DNA of 39,450 bases, taken from NCBI GenBank assembly GCA_964605975.1, contig CAZSER010000001.1:1-39450 (forward strand), read 5' to 3'. The notes beneath the pieces were generated by a model. It had not been told where the DNA came from. It saw only the letters and a program-made list of their open reading frames with translations, and made no database searches. Position 1 is the stretch's first letter. Every line of letters begins with the position of its first letter. Shown in pieces: positions 22,635-32,834 of the stretch. The translations under genes and the position numbers were made by a program. This DNA is from an uncultured Gammaproteobacteria bacterium (GTDB lineage: Bacteria; Patescibacteriota; Patescibacteriia; UBA11705; JABHMO01).

Positions 22635-25067
22635 ATGATGAGGCAAAAAACAAAAAAAATAATGTTTTTAATTTCTTTATTTGCGGTAGTGATTTCATTT
22701 TTACCATTTAATGTTGTTTTGGCGGAAGAAGAATTACCTTCTGGAATAATTAAAGAAATGGAAATAAAAATTCCTTTTGGTGATTTGCCTACAAAGCTAG
22801 GTGGTGTCGAGGTTGTTCGTTGTGATTCTGGTGAAAGTTGTCCGGCGGGAGATAAGGCGTGTGAGGCGCGTCGTCAAAAAAGTTGTGTGACAATCCCTTG
22901 GTTGGCGATGTATATTTCGGCCGCTTATAGATATGCTGTCACTCTCGGGTCATTAATTGCAGTATTAACTTTGATGATGGGTGGTGTCTTTTATATTTCT
23001 GGCAAAGAAAGTTATATCTCCAAAGGAAAAGAGATGATGGTGGGAAGTGTTACGGGTTTGGTTTTTTTGATTGGTTCTTATTCTATTTTGCATTTTATCA
23101 ATCCTGATCTTTTGAAACTAAAGGCGATAAATATAGAGATTGTTAAACAACAAGAAAATATAGCAGTTTCTTTTTGTAGCGAAATCAAGGATATTTCTAA
23201 TTATACTTTTTATGATGAAAATAGCACAGTCGTTGATGTTAAAAAATTAACTTGCGGTAAAAAATACTCTTTTATTTCCAACGATCCCAAAATAGTTAAA
23301 TCGGGTGAATGTGTAGGTGATTTCTGTTTGGATGATTCAGCTTGGTGTATGCCTACTTGTGATACGCTTGTTAGTAGTGGTTATTGTTCTGGTTCCTTGG
23401 CCTCTTCTAATTATGCATGTCACAAAGAATTTGGATTGTGGGGAATTGTCACGGGAGATCCAGAGCGTTATTTAGATCATGCTTGGGTTTATAAAAAACC
23501 ACCGGGAAACCCAATTACTTCAACTAATTTTAGTCTACTTAGTATTGATCCAGGAAAAGATACTTACATTTATGCTTTTAGTAAAGAGAAATTAGCTGAA
23601 GAGATAGAAAAAGTGAGTACGCAGGATATTGTTCTTTTAATTGAGTTGAATGATTCAACTGCTCAGGCCGTTAGTGAAGCTTATAATACGCAAGGACTTT
23701 TTGATAAAGGTTTGAAATTTGTTGCGCAAACAATAGGACCAAGTTTGGATGATGAGTATCAAGTTTTGCCTGGTGCTGGTAAAAGAATAGGCCAAACGGG
23801 GATGTTTTATTCTGAAGGAAAATGGGCAAAGGCTTGTTCAGCGGGAATTTGTGCTATTGGGACTTTTAAAGGTCCAGAATCTTATCATTTTGCCACTACG
23901 GCGATCTCGGGGGCTGATTGTAAATGGCTTGATACTTATTATTTTTCTAAAACTAGTAAAGGTATTCGTTTGGATATAAATGTAAATAATTTTAGAGAAA
24001 ATACCAAGTTAGATTGTGATTATTTTGAAAAAAACACGAAAGTTGTTGGGACAAAAGAGATTGGCAAAGCATGTTCGGATCCTGATGAATGTATAAGTGG
24101 TGATTGTGAGTCCGTGGGTGGAATTAAACAATGTGAATGCAATGAAACTTCTGACTGTTATAACCCAAAAGAAAAAGAATTAAGAGCCGGTGCTGACGCT
24201 AATTTATTGTATTGTAAGAAAGAAATATCAACATGGAATATCTGTACGAAGGGGCTATCTTATGGTATGACATGTAATACTTCTGATAGTAAACCATGTA
24301 TTGGAGATATGATTTGTCAAAATCAGGGAGGTGGGGTAGCAACTTGTGCTTGTACAATGGATAACGATTGTGTTATTTCATTGGGAAATCCATACTTGCC
24401 ACAAGGTCAAATGAACTTGGCAAAATGTCAGAATGGAAAATGTTTACAAAAAGTAGAGCCTAGACCTGTTGACTGGATGGATACTTTTGGACCAAAGGGG
24501 AAAGTGGCGCATCCGGATAATAAGTGTAAGAATAATTCTGACTGTTTTTCTGATCTTTGTGTTAATGGGGTTTGTATGTGTGACAAGAATGACCAATGTC
24601 ATTATTCTAATACTTTTTGTAATAATCCTATCTCAGAAAATGGTTTTTGTGTAAAGAAAAAAGAAGTTGGAGAGGAATGTAATGTCTTAATGCTCAGTTC
24701 TTGTGTTAAAGGATCTTCTTGTAAGATGGTAAATTTTTACAAAAATGAGCCGGCCGTCCCGAGGTGTTCTTGTGATAGTGATGAGGCATGTCCTAATGGT
24801 GAAAGATGTATAAAGCATGATCAACCGACTTGTGGCTATAATTATTGTCACAAAAGCGATCAGCAAGTTCTTACTGTAGACAAAGATTTTGATTCTACAA
24901 AGAATCCAGCATATAAAGATAAACCTTATTGGGGTTTATGTAAAGAGTTTGATGATTGTAGTGATCCTACGATGGCTCAAAATCAGAAAACAAATAAATG
25001 TTATTTGGGTGATTTGGGATGTCGAATTTGCATGACCAAAGAAACTTATAATAATTTGAATAAGTAA
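22635..25067 (+). CDS. exported cysteine-rich protein with N-terminal signal peptide, two-helix membrane hairpin and four C-terminal 8-Cys modules
   Basis: 810 aa, ~54 Cys by my count. Signal peptide IMFLISLFAVVISFLPFNVVLA/EEE. TM pair AVTLGSLIAVLTLMMGGVFYI and MMVGSVTGLVFLIGSYSILHFINPDL. C-terminal repeats of the pattern C-x3-6-C-x3-4-C-xn-C-x-C-x3-4-C. Starts 5 nt after porA and ends 13 nt before porB. Confidence 0.85.
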   Translation: MMRQKTKKIMFLISLFAVVISFLPFNVVLAEEELPSGIIKEMEIKIPFGDLPTKLGGVEVVRCDSGESCPAGDKACEARRQKSCVTIPWLAMYISAAYRYAVTLGSLIAVLTLMMGGVFYISGKESYISKGKEMMVGSVTGLVFLIGSYSILHFINPDLLKLKAINIEIVKQQENIAVSFCSEIKDISNYTFYDENSTVVDVKKLTCGKKYSFISNDPKIVKSGECVGDFCLDDSAWCMPTCDTLVSSGYCSGSLASSNYACHKEFGLWGIVTGDPERYLDHAWVYKKPPGNPITSTNFSLLSIDPGKDTYIYAFSKEKLAEEIEKVSTQDIVLLIELNDSTAQAVSEAYNTQGLFDKGLKFVAQTIGPSLDDEYQVLPGAGKRIGQTGMFYSEGKWAKACSAGICAIGTFKGPESYHFATTAISGADCKWLDTYYFSKTSKGIRLDINVNNFRENTKLDCDYFEKNTKVVGTKEIGKACSDPDECISGDCESVGGIKQCECNETSDCYNPKEKELRAGADANLLYCKKEISTWNICTKGLSYGMTCNTSDSKPCIGDMICQNQGGGVATCACTMDNDCVISLGNPYLPQGQMNLAKCQNGKCLQKVEPRPVDWMDTFGPKGKVAHPDNKCKNNSDCFSDLCVNGVCMCDKNDQCHYSNTFCNNPISENGFCVKKKEVGEECNVLMLSSCVKGSSCKMVNFYKNEPAVPRCSCDSDEACPNGERCIKHDQPTCGYNYCHKSDQQVLTVDKDFDSTKNPAYKDKPYWGLCKEFDDCSDPTMAQNQKTNKCYLGDLGCRICMTKETYNNLNK

Positions 25068-25080
25068 AACCAACCCTTTT

Positions 25081-25971
25081 ATGCCTTATAAAATGCCTTT
25101 TCGTCATTTATTAAATCCCGGTCATACGGCCTGTGCTGGTTGTGGTGAGTTATTGGCGATGCGTCATGTTTTGGAAGCGTCCGGTTCACAAACCATTGTT
25201 GCTGGGGCTACCGGTTGTGGAGAAGTGACAACCACCAAATATCCAACTTCATCATTCAAGATTCCATGGATCCATGCTAACTTCGAAAACTCGGCTCCGG
25301 TTATTTCGGGAATTTTGGCCGGTTATCGTGCCAGAGGTCAAAAACCACCGAATTTAATTGCTTGGGGTGGTGATGGCGCAACTTTTGATATTGGCTTGGG
25401 AATGTTAAGTGGCGCATGGGAGCGTGGGGACGATTTTTTGTATGTCTGTTTTGATAATGAGGCTTATATGAACACTGGGGTTCAGTCTAGTGGGTCAACA
25501 CCTTATGGTACGAACACAACAACAACACCTCCGGGAAGAAAATCGACAGGAAATAATTTGGTCAAAAAAGATATGATCAAAATTGCCTTAGCACACAATT
25601 TGCCTTATGTTGCGACGGCAACCGTGGGAAATGTTTTGGATATTCAAAATAAGGTGCGCAAAGCGCTAACATTAAAAGGCCCGAAATATATTCAAATTTT
25701 GGTTACCTGTATTCCGGGGTGGTATACCGAAGCAAAAGATACAATTAAAATTGCCAAATTGGCTTCGCAAACCGGAATTTATCCGGTGGTTGAATATATG
25801 GATGGAAAGTTAACCGGTGTTGCCAAATGTCCAAATCCCCGACCCAAAGTTGAAGAATATCTGAGGTTGCAAGGGCGTTTTAAACATCTTTTTCAGAGTG
25901 AATCAGGAGCGGAGGAACTTGCTAAAATTCAGGATTTGGCTGATCAAAATGTTGAAAGGTATGGATTATAA
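25081..25971 (+). CDS. porB: 2-oxoacid:ferredoxin oxidoreductase, beta subunit (TPP-binding)
   Basis: GHTACAGCGE N-terminal Cys cluster and GGDGATFDIG...CFDNEAYMNTG TPP-binding motif. Confidence 0.92.
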   Translation: MPYKMPFRHLLNPGHTACAGCGELLAMRHVLEASGSQTIVAGATGCGEVTTTKYPTSSFKIPWIHANFENSAPVISGILAGYRARGQKPPNLIAWGGDGATFDIGLGMLSGAWERGDDFLYVCFDNEAYMNTGVQSSGSTPYGTNTTTTPPGRKSTGNNLVKKDMIKIALAHNLPYVATATVGNVLDIQNKVRKALTLKGPKYIQILVTCIPGWYTEAKDTIKIAKLASQTGIYPVVEYMDGKLTGVAKCPNPRPKVEEYLRLQGRFKHLFQSESGAEELAKIQDLADQNVERYGL

Positions 25972-25984
25972 ATTTAAATAGTAA

Positions 25985-26011
25985 AAAGAGGTTATCAAGA
26001 ACCTCTTTTTT
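25985..26011 (+). terminator. intrinsic terminator of the por operon
   Basis: AGAGGTT-(6 nt)-AACCTCT followed by TTTTTT. Confidence 0.75.
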
Positions 26012-26012
26012 A

Positions 26013-26041
26013 TTGACATTTATTTTATAATAATCTAAACT
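26013..26041 (+). promoter_or_regulatory. candidate promoter of the M48-like protease gene
   Basis: TTGACA, 17 nt spacer, TAAACT. A GGAGG SD lies 6 nt before the ATG at 26082. Confidence 0.5.
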
Positions 26042-26081
26042 AGCAATTCTTGTTCGTTAAAATCTAATTCGGAGGTTTATA

Positions 26082-27059
26082 ATGGAAAATCGTAGCTCTT
26101 TTTGGGTTTCGCCGTTTTGGCAAATTTTCAGTTTCTTTTTTATTTTAATTTGTGGTTCTGCACTTTTTTTCCCTGTTGTTGTTGTTGATTTGATTACTGG
26201 GTTTTTTAGTGCCTCGTTGGTGTCTAATTTATCGATATTGTTTATTGTTGGTTTTTTTTTCAACTTTCTTTATAGTGAGTCAGTTTATTACAGAAAAATC
26301 AATCTTTTGAACGGGGTAATCTTCGGTATTATTTTTGTCTCCGTTCCCAGCATTATTGCTTTTTTGTTTGAGAATGACCTTTTTTGGATAGTTCCAGTCG
26401 TTCTGATTGCTTTGGGACTTTTTAATTTAATTCTTGTTTGTTTTTTATTAAAGCGATTTAGGGGGAGAACGCCAGATGACTACGACAGAGTTAATGATGT
26501 GATTAAAAAGGTTAGAGAAATATCAGGACTTAATTTAGAAGTTTTCTATTCTGAAATATTTGCCTACAATTCTAATAACGATTCAGTCCTTATTTCTGAT
26601 ACATGGGACTCATTCATTACCGACAAAGAACTAGAAGCTCTTCTTTTGCATGAGTTTGCTCATGCTCATAGGCGTTTTTATATCTGGGGGAGTTTTTTGT
26701 TTGAGAAGGTTTCTTATTTTATCGTTTTATTTATAGCCTTGTGGTTGGTTAATGGTTTTTTGGATAGTGGTAGATTTGAGTTGTGGTGGATGTTTTTTAT
26801 CTTTGTTAGAAGCTCATTAAATTTTTTAATAATACTGATAACCTCTTTTGTTAAAAGAATAGAGGAGTATCGTGCTGATCACTATGCTTTTCAGAAAATG
26901 GGAACAAATAAAGAAATAATAAGTTCACTTGAAAAGTTAGAAAATTCTTATTTTCAAACAGAAAAAAAGAGTCGCTGGTTTGGGAGATTTGATCTTTTTT
27001 CAGATCATCCCAAATTAGAAAAAAGAATTAGACGCCTGCGAACCTATACAATCGGATAG
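26082..27059 (+). CDS. polytopic membrane zinc metalloprotease, M48 (HtpX/Ste24-like) family
   Basis: HEFAH (HExxH) zinc site, downstream EEYRADHYA glutamate, and C-terminal [12 protein letters not shown] as in HtpX-type proteases. Several TM helices. Confidence 0.78.
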   Translation: MENRSSFWVSPFWQIFSFFFILICGSALFFPVVVVDLITGFFSASLVSNLSILFIVGFFFNFLYSESVYYRKINLLNGVIFGIIFVSVPSIIAFLFENDLFWIVPVVLIALGLFNLILVCFLLKRFRGRTPDDYDRVNDVIKKVREISGLNLEVFYSEIFAYNSNNDSVLISDTWDSFITDKELEALLLHEFAHAHRRFYIWGSFLFEKVSYFIVLFIALWLVNGFLDSGRFELWWMFFIFVRSSLNFLIILITSFVKRIEEYRADHYAFQKMGTNKEIISSLEKLENSYFQTEKKSRWFGRFDLFSDHPKLEKRIRRLRTYTIG

Positions 27060-27194
27060 AGTTCTAAAAACTGGTTAATAACCAGTTTTTTTTCGCTCTT
27101 TACAGTCCATTTTTTTTTTGCTATGATTTCAGGCAAAGTGGCTTCACAAAATCTGTCGGAAAAAATAAAAAATGAAGTCGATAAAGTGAAAAGT

Positions 27195-30065
27195 ATGGAA
27201 AACAAAATTTCGATCAAAGGTGCCAAGGTTAACAATTTAAAAAATATTGATATCGATATTCCACGCAATAAATTGGTGGTTATTACTGGATTGTCGGGAT
27301 CAGGGAAGTCTAGTTTGGCTTTTGATACGATCTATGCCGAAGGTCAGCGCCGATATGTGGAAAGTTTGTCATCGTATGCTCGGCAATTTTTGGAAGTAAA
27401 AGATAAACCGGATGTGGATCAAATTACCGGTCTTTCTCCTGCTATTGCTATTGATCAGCGGTATAGTGCGCAAAATCCTCGTTCTACCGTAGGAACAATT
27501 ACTGAAATTTATGACATGTTAAGGTTGATGTTTAGTCGAATTGGTCATCCGCATTGTCCTAAATGTGGTCAACCAGTTGGCAGACAAACGGTGGAGGAAA
27601 TTACCGAGAAAATTTGGGCTTTTGGCAAGAAAGTTAATGTGACTATTTTGGCTCCAATTGTTCGAGACCAAAAAGGAACGCACAAAAAAGTTCTGGATGA
27701 AATTCGCAAAGCCAACTATTTTCAAGTTCGGTTGGATGGTCATCTCTATGGTATCGAAGAAGCAGAAAAAATAAATTTAAATCGAGAGCAGAAACATACA
27801 ATTGAAATTGTTGTTGATCGAGTTTTGTTAGATGGTGATCGTGAAACAAAAACACAGTTAGCAGAGTCAGTCAAGGTGGCCATTGATTTGGGAAATGGTT
27901 TAGTAATTGTTCTTCGCTCTGATGAAAATAAGGATACCGTTTTTAGTCAATATTACACTTGTCCAAAATGCCAGATTGATTTACCGGAAATTGAGTTAAG
28001 AAGTTTTTCTTTTAACTCTCCTTTTGGGGCTTGTCCTGCTTGTACAGGGCTTGGTGTTCGACAAGAAGTTGATCCGCAGTTAGTAATTAGCAATCCTCGT
28101 TTAACTTTGGCGCAAGGAGCAATTAAACCTTGGACCAAAATTTTTTCCAATCAACCAATGATTTGGCAGTTATTGACGGCAGTTGCTCAGAAAAATAGTT
28201 TTTCTCTGGATGTCCCCGTAGAAAAATTAAGTAAAAAAGCTCGGGAAATAGTGCTGATGGGAACTGGAGAAAAAGAGTATTTAATTGCTGGGAAGAAGAT
28301 GGTCTTTGAGGGTGTTTTGCCGGGATTAGAAAAAAAATATCGAGAAACGGATAGTGAATATATTCGCAAAGAGATTGAAAAATACATGCGTCAGCATCAA
28401 TGTAATGTTTGTGGTGGTAAAAGATTAAAAAAAGAAAGTTTGGCGGTGACGGTTGGTGGCTTGTCAATTGTTGATTATACCGAAAAGTCTTTGAATGATC
28501 TTTTAAAAATGGTTTCCGAGTTGTTGTTAAGTGGTAATTACGAAACGAAAAAAAATTTACCCCAAAAAGATTTTCAATTTATTAAAGAGGCTTTGAGTAA
28601 AAATGAAATAAAAGTTGCGGGAGCAATTATTAAAGAAGTTGAAAGAAGAGTTGGGTTTTTGCGTAATGTTGGTTTGCAATATTTAACTTTGGATAGGGGC
28701 GCCAATAGTTTATCGGGTGGAGAGGCACAAAGAATTCGTTTGGCTACACAGTTAGGTAGTTCTTTATCAGAAGTTATTTATGTTTTGGATGAGCCTTCAA
28801 TTGGTTTACATCCGGCCGATAATACAAAATTGATAGAAACTTTAAAAGATTTAAGAGATAAAGGGAATTCTGTTATTGTTGTGGAACATGATCCAGATAT
28901 GATGAATTCTGCCGATTATATTATTGATATTGGGCCAGGTGCTGGAATTTATGGTGGAGAAATTGTTGCCAAAGGAACATTAGAACAAATCAAAAAAACA
29001 AAATCCTTAACCGGTAAATATCTGTCTGGTCAAATAACTATCGAAAGGAACTGTTCTTTGCGTAAAGGGAATGGTAAGTTTATTGAAATCAAGGGAGCCA
29101 AAGCGTTTAATTTGAAAAATATCAATGTCAAAATTCCTTTGGGTAAATTAATTTCAATTACCGGTGTCTCTGGTTCCGGAAAATCAACTTTAATGACTGA
29201 TATTTTGGCCAAAGCTTTGGCAAGACATTTTTATCGGGCCAAAGATTTACCAGCGGAACATAAAGAAATTGTTGGTTTGGAAAATATTGATAAAGTAATT
29301 ACTATTGATCAATCGCCAATCGGAAGAACTCCCAGATCTAATCCAGCTACTTATACCGGAGTTTTTACTTATATTAGAGATCTTTTTACGGAAGTTCCGG
29401 AGGCAAAAATAAAAGGATATAATGCCGGACAGTTTAGTTTTAATGTTAAAGGCGGAAGATGTGAATCTTGTGGTGGAGATGGGATGATAAAAATTGAGAT
29501 GCAATTTTTGCCGGATGTTTATGTGGAATGTTCGGAGTGTAAGGGGCGTCGTTATAATAAAAAAACTTTGGAAATTCATTATCGTGGCAAAAACATTTCT
29601 GATGTTTTGGATATGACTGTTACTGAAGCAAAAGCTTTTTTTGGGGATACTCCAATAATCAAAGAAAAGTTAAATTTATTAGAAGAGGTTGGATTGGGAT
29701 ATTTAACTTTGGGACAGTCCGCAACAACTTTATCCGGAGGTGAAGCGCAAAGAATTAAATTGGCAACAGAATTAAGTCGTTATGCAACGGGTAAAACTTT
29801 GTATATTTTGGACGAGCCAACAACCGGATTACATTTTGAGGATATCAAAAGACTATTATTTATTTTGAATCGTTTAGTTGACAAAGGGAATACCGTTTTA
29901 ATTATTGAACACAACTTGGATGTAATAAAAAATTGTGATTGGTTGATTGATTTAGGTCCAGAAGGTGGTTCGTCTGGAGGACAATTAGTTGCACAGGGGA
30001 CTCCCGATGATGTTGCTAGCTGTACAGAATCTTTAACAGGGCAATATTTGAAAAAAGTTATTTAA
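27195..30065 (+). CDS. uvrA: excinuclease ABC subunit A
   Basis: [65 protein letters not shown] aligns with the canonical UvrA N-terminus. Two ABC modules (LSGGEAQRI twice) and zinc modules (CPKC..., CESCGGDG...CSECKG). The track start at 27123 adds 24 non-conserved residues. Confidence 0.95.
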   Translation: MENKISIKGAKVNNLKNIDIDIPRNKLVVITGLSGSGKSSLAFDTIYAEGQRRYVESLSSYARQFLEVKDKPDVDQITGLSPAIAIDQRYSAQNPRSTVGTITEIYDMLRLMFSRIGHPHCPKCGQPVGRQTVEEITEKIWAFGKKVNVTILAPIVRDQKGTHKKVLDEIRKANYFQVRLDGHLYGIEEAEKINLNREQKHTIEIVVDRVLLDGDRETKTQLAESVKVAIDLGNGLVIVLRSDENKDTVFSQYYTCPKCQIDLPEIELRSFSFNSPFGACPACTGLGVRQEVDPQLVISNPRLTLAQGAIKPWTKIFSNQPMIWQLLTAVAQKNSFSLDVPVEKLSKKAREIVLMGTGEKEYLIAGKKMVFEGVLPGLEKKYRETDSEYIRKEIEKYMRQHQCNVCGGKRLKKESLAVTVGGLSIVDYTEKSLNDLLKMVSELLLSGNYETKKNLPQKDFQFIKEALSKNEIKVAGAIIKEVERRVGFLRNVGLQYLTLDRGANSLSGGEAQRIRLATQLGSSLSEVIYVLDEPSIGLHPADNTKLIETLKDLRDKGNSVIVVEHDPDMMNSADYIIDIGPGAGIYGGEIVAKGTLEQIKKTKSLTGKYLSGQITIERNCSLRKGNGKFIEIKGAKAFNLKNINVKIPLGKLISITGVSGSGKSTLMTDILAKALARHFYRAKDLPAEHKEIVGLENIDKVITIDQSPIGRTPRSNPATYTGVFTYIRDLFTEVPEAKIKGYNAGQFSFNVKGGRCESCGGDGMIKIEMQFLPDVYVECSECKGRRYNKKTLEIHYRGKNISDVLDMTVTEAKAFFGDTPIIKEKLNLLEEVGLGYLTLGQSATTLSGGEAQRIKLATELSRYATGKTLYILDEPTTGLHFEDIKRLLFILNRLVDKGNTVLIIEHNLDVIKNCDWLIDLGPEGGSSGGQLVAQGTPDDVASCTESLTGQYLKKVI

Positions 30066-30114
30066 AGTATAAATTTTCAGAAAAAAATAAAAGTAGTATA
30101 TTTATATTTTCTAA

Positions 30115-30142
30115 AAACAAAAAACGCCGAAAGGCGTTTTTT
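30115..30142. terminator. bidirectional intrinsic terminator (uvrA / rplS)
   Basis: AAAAAACGCC-GAAA-GGCGTTTTTTG between convergent genes. Confidence 0.8.
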
Positions 30143-30152
30143 GTTTTGAAAA

Positions 30153-30500
30153 CTATTTGATTTCCTTCACTTTTTTATGAGATTTTCGCAAAAAAGTTGG
30201 TTTAGCTTGATGAATTTTTAGTTTTTTGACCAGTTCAATTTTTTTTAAGGTCGGCGCATTTAAAGGAATAATTCTTTCTACTCCAATTCCACCGGAAACC
30301 TTACGAACGGTAATAGTTGAATTGATGCCTTGGCCATGTTTTCTGGCTATCACTACACCTTCAAAAATCTGAATACGCTTTTTTTCTTCTCCCTTGGTAT
30401 TAATTTCAGAAACTTCTAGATGAGCCTTGATGACAGTTCCTGGTTGAACTTCGGGAAAATTACGGTCTAAAACTTCGGGGTTCTTTTTTTCTTCGGACAT
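30153..30500 (-). CDS. rplS: 50S ribosomal protein L19
   Basis: RIQIFEGVVIARKHGQGINSTITVRKVSGGIGVERIIPLNAPTLKKIELV is the conserved L19 core. 115 aa. Confidence 0.95.
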   Translation of the reverse strand: MSEEKKNPEVLDRNFPEVQPGTVIKAHLEVSEINTKGEEKKRIQIFEGVVIARKHGQGINSTITVRKVSGGIGVERIIPLNAPTLKKIELVKKLKIHQAKPTFLRKSHKKVKEIK

Positions 30501-30619
30501 ATTGTTTAAAATCTATAATTTGCTAAATTTGGGCAACTTGAAAGATTTTTTCCGATTGCTCAATTTATTCAAACTCAAGTTATTTTTTGTCTGGATTAAG
30601 TATATACAATTATCTAAAA

Positions 30620-31186
30620 TTAGTCAAGACCAGCCCTGTTTTTGATAAATTCAGCAATTTCTTCTCCAGCTTCAAGCAGTTTGTTTTCAGCATTTATAAC
30701 CACTAGGTCGAAATCTTTTTGCAGTGCTAATTCTTCGGTCACAAATTGCCATCTTTTTTGAAAATCATCTTCATTAGTGCGTCTTTGGCGGATTCTATTA
30801 GCTAAATTTTCTAAGTTATCAGGGGCAATAAAAACAGTCTGAACGTCGGGGAAGGCTTTTTTTATTTTTAGAGAAACTTGAGGGTCAAGGAGTAGCAAAA
30901 CAACTTTTCCTGAATCAACTATTTTTTGTAGATCTTTTTTGCTATTACCATAAAAATTTCCGTAATGTTCATCATATTCAAAAAATTCACCGGCAGAAAT
31001 TTTTTGAATGAAAGTTTCTTTGGAAACAAAGTGATAATCTGTGCCTGTTGTTTCGTTGGGGCGGGGTGGGCGGGTAGTATAAGTGACTAGTCTTTGCAGT
31101 TGAGGGAGGGTTTTAATTAAATAGTTCGCAAGTGAAGTTTTACCAACACCAGAAGGGCCGGATAAAATGAATAGTTTATTCAACAT
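30620..31186 (-). CDS. gmk: guanylate kinase
   Basis: LFILSGPSGVGKTSL P-loop, TTRPPRPNE..G.DYHFVS motif, 188 aa. Confidence 0.92.
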   Translation of the reverse strand: MLNKLFILSGPSGVGKTSLANYLIKTLPQLQRLVTYTTRPPRPNETTGTDYHFVSKETFIQKISAGEFFEYDEHYGNFYGNSKKDLQKIVDSGKVVLLLLDPQVSLKIKKAFPDVQTVFIAPDNLENLANRIRQRRTNEDDFQKRWQFVTEELALQKDFDLVVINAENKLLEAGEEIAEFIKNRAGLD

Positions 31187-32189
31187 AGTCCGGGATTTTT
31201 AATTTTTCTATTTTTTTGATAATTTGTTGAAAATTTTCTGGTATTGGAAGTTCGAAAACTTTTTCTTCTTCCTGACAATCAAGAAAAGCTAATTTCTTCG
31301 CCAGAAGTAAAATATGATCAGTTTTTATCGCCGATTTTCCGAACCTTTTTTGACTATAAAGAGAATCCCCAATAATTGGATGATTGATGGCGTTGAGGTG
31401 TACTCTAATTTGATGTGTTCTTCCACTTTTAATTAAAACTTGAAGTAATCCTGCATGAGGATAATTTTTTAAAACTGTATATTCAGTTAAACTTGCTCTT
31501 CCTAAGTTTGAACCAGCAGGGTGGGCGGCCATTTTCCCAGCGCCTTTTTTGCGACTAATTTCAAAATTTATTTCTCCTACTTCATTTTCCATTTTTCCAT
31601 GAACAAGCGCTAGATATTCTTTAACTAACTTTCTAGATTTAAAAATTTTTTTGAAGTGGTCGTAAGCCAGTTGAGTCTTGGCCAAAATTAGTAATCCACT
31701 TACTTCCTTGTCCAAACGATGAACAATCCCTTGTCGAAAACTATGGATATTGCGGGGGTCTTTGATTTTTTTTACTTGAGGAAAATTTTTGTTCAGCCAG
31801 TCAGCTACTGATGGTTCGTGGAGTTTTTCGTTTGCAGGATGAACAATTAAGCCAGCTGGTTTATTAATTACTAAATAGTCATCATTTTCGTAAATTATAG
31901 GAATTTCGTAAACAAATTTTGTACAGGTTTTTTTTGTTTGAATAATTTTTTTATTCGTAGTTGTTTTCTTTGCGATAGGAGCTTCTTTGGTTAATTCAAT
32001 AACATCACCAGTTTTTAAAAATTGGTGAACGGAAGGTTTCTTGTGATTAACCAAAACTAACCCCTTTTTGATAATTTTTTGAATTTGACTTCGGCTTTGT
32101 GATAAATGAGTTAAAAGGAATTTGTCCAAACGCAAACCGATTTCATTTTCGTTAACGGTGATTTTTTTCATACTTTGTAATTTTAGCAT
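31176..32189 (-). CDS. rluD: RluA-family (RluD-like) 23S rRNA pseudouridine synthase
   Basis: S4-like N-terminus (LRLDKFL) and catalytic HRLDKEVSGLLILAK and GRTHQIRVH motifs. Alternative start at 32171 (MKKITVNE...), because a TTGCAT-17-TAAAAT promoter (32180-32208) overlaps the first codons of the long form. Confidence 0.88.
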   Translation of the reverse strand: MLKLQSMKKITVNENEIGLRLDKFLLTHLSQSRSQIQKIIKKGLVLVNHKKPSVHQFLKTGDVIELTKEAPIAKKTTTNKKIIQTKKTCTKFVYEIPIIYENDDYLVINKPAGLIVHPANEKLHEPSVADWLNKNFPQVKKIKDPRNIHSFRQGIVHRLDKEVSGLLILAKTQLAYDHFKKIFKSRKLVKEYLALVHGKMENEVGEINFEISRKKGAGKMAAHPAGSNLGRASLTEYTVLKNYPHAGLLQVLIKSGRTHQIRVHLNAINHPIIGDSLYSQKRFGKSAIKTDHILLLAKKLAFLDCQEEEKVFELPIPENFQQIIKKIEKLKIPDYVE

Positions 32190-32211
32190 AAATAAAGCAA
32201 TAATGCAAATG

Positions 32212-32240
32212 AAAAAACTCGATTTCTAAATCGAGTTTTA
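32212..32240 (-). terminator. intrinsic terminator after the 122-aa orphan gene
   Basis: AAACTCGATT-(4 nt)-AATCGAGTTT hairpin with flanking A-run and T-run. Confidence 0.7.
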
Positions 32241-32268
32241 TTGAAAATTAAAGTTCGTCAAATTTTTA

Positions 32269-32637
32269 TTATTCCCACAGATTTTCACTGGTTTTATTCG
32301 CCGTGCTTGGTTCTTCTGTTGTTTCATAAACCAAAATCACATAAAACATTTCTCCATTTCTAAGGTCAATATCATGTCCCAAAATGACTTGCGAAATTAA
32401 GCCATCCACAGAGAGGTTTATTTTAAAACCTTCTTTTAAATATATTTTTCTTTTTAGTTTTTCTCCGTTTTTACATTGAACAACAACTTGTTTCTCTTGA
32501 AGTTTCCTTTTTTTTAAGTAGTCATTTAAAAGGTCAATTTTATAAATAACAGAAGATTCTTCCTGTCCAGAGAACTCCAGGACTCCCAGATTTTTGTCAA
32601 AAATGACTTTTTGTCTGGTAAACTTATAATTTGGCAT
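32269..32637 (-). CDS. hypothetical protein (122 aa), no recognised family
   Basis: GGAGG SD 7 nt upstream of the ATG, own terminator, no TM helix or signal peptide. Confidence 0.65.
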   Translation of the reverse strand: MPNYKFTRQKVIFDKNLGVLEFSGQEESSVIYKIDLLNDYLKKRKLQEKQVVVQCKNGEKLKRKIYLKEGFKINLSVDGLISQVILGHDIDLRNGEMFYVILVYETTEEPSTANKTSENLWE

Positions 32638-32780
32638 GATTAAACCTCCATAAAAAGAACAATAAAATAAAGGTTATAACAAAAAAAAGAGGTTGTCAAT
32701 AGTCAATTGTTGGCTTAATTTCTTTTAAAAAATAGCTAGTGATGTTAAATTTAGGGGAATTTTTGTGAAGAAAAATTTTA

Positions 32781-32809
32781 TTGCAATTTATCTTAAATTT
32801 AGATATAAT
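32781..32809 (+). promoter_or_regulatory. promoter of aspS
   Basis: TTGCAA, 17 nt spacer, TATAAT, 25 nt upstream of the ATG. Confidence 0.55.
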
Positions 32810-32834
32810 AAATTCATAAATTAATAGAAATTTT

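Noticed and set aside
30115-30142. Near-identical terminator cores (AAAAACGCC-NAAA-GGCGTTTTT) at 1062-1087 and 30115-30142, considered as a possible repeat family
   Set aside because: They are only about 20 nt of a generic GC-core/tetraloop terminator design, and the flanks are unrelated. Convergent terminator design is a sufficient explanation.
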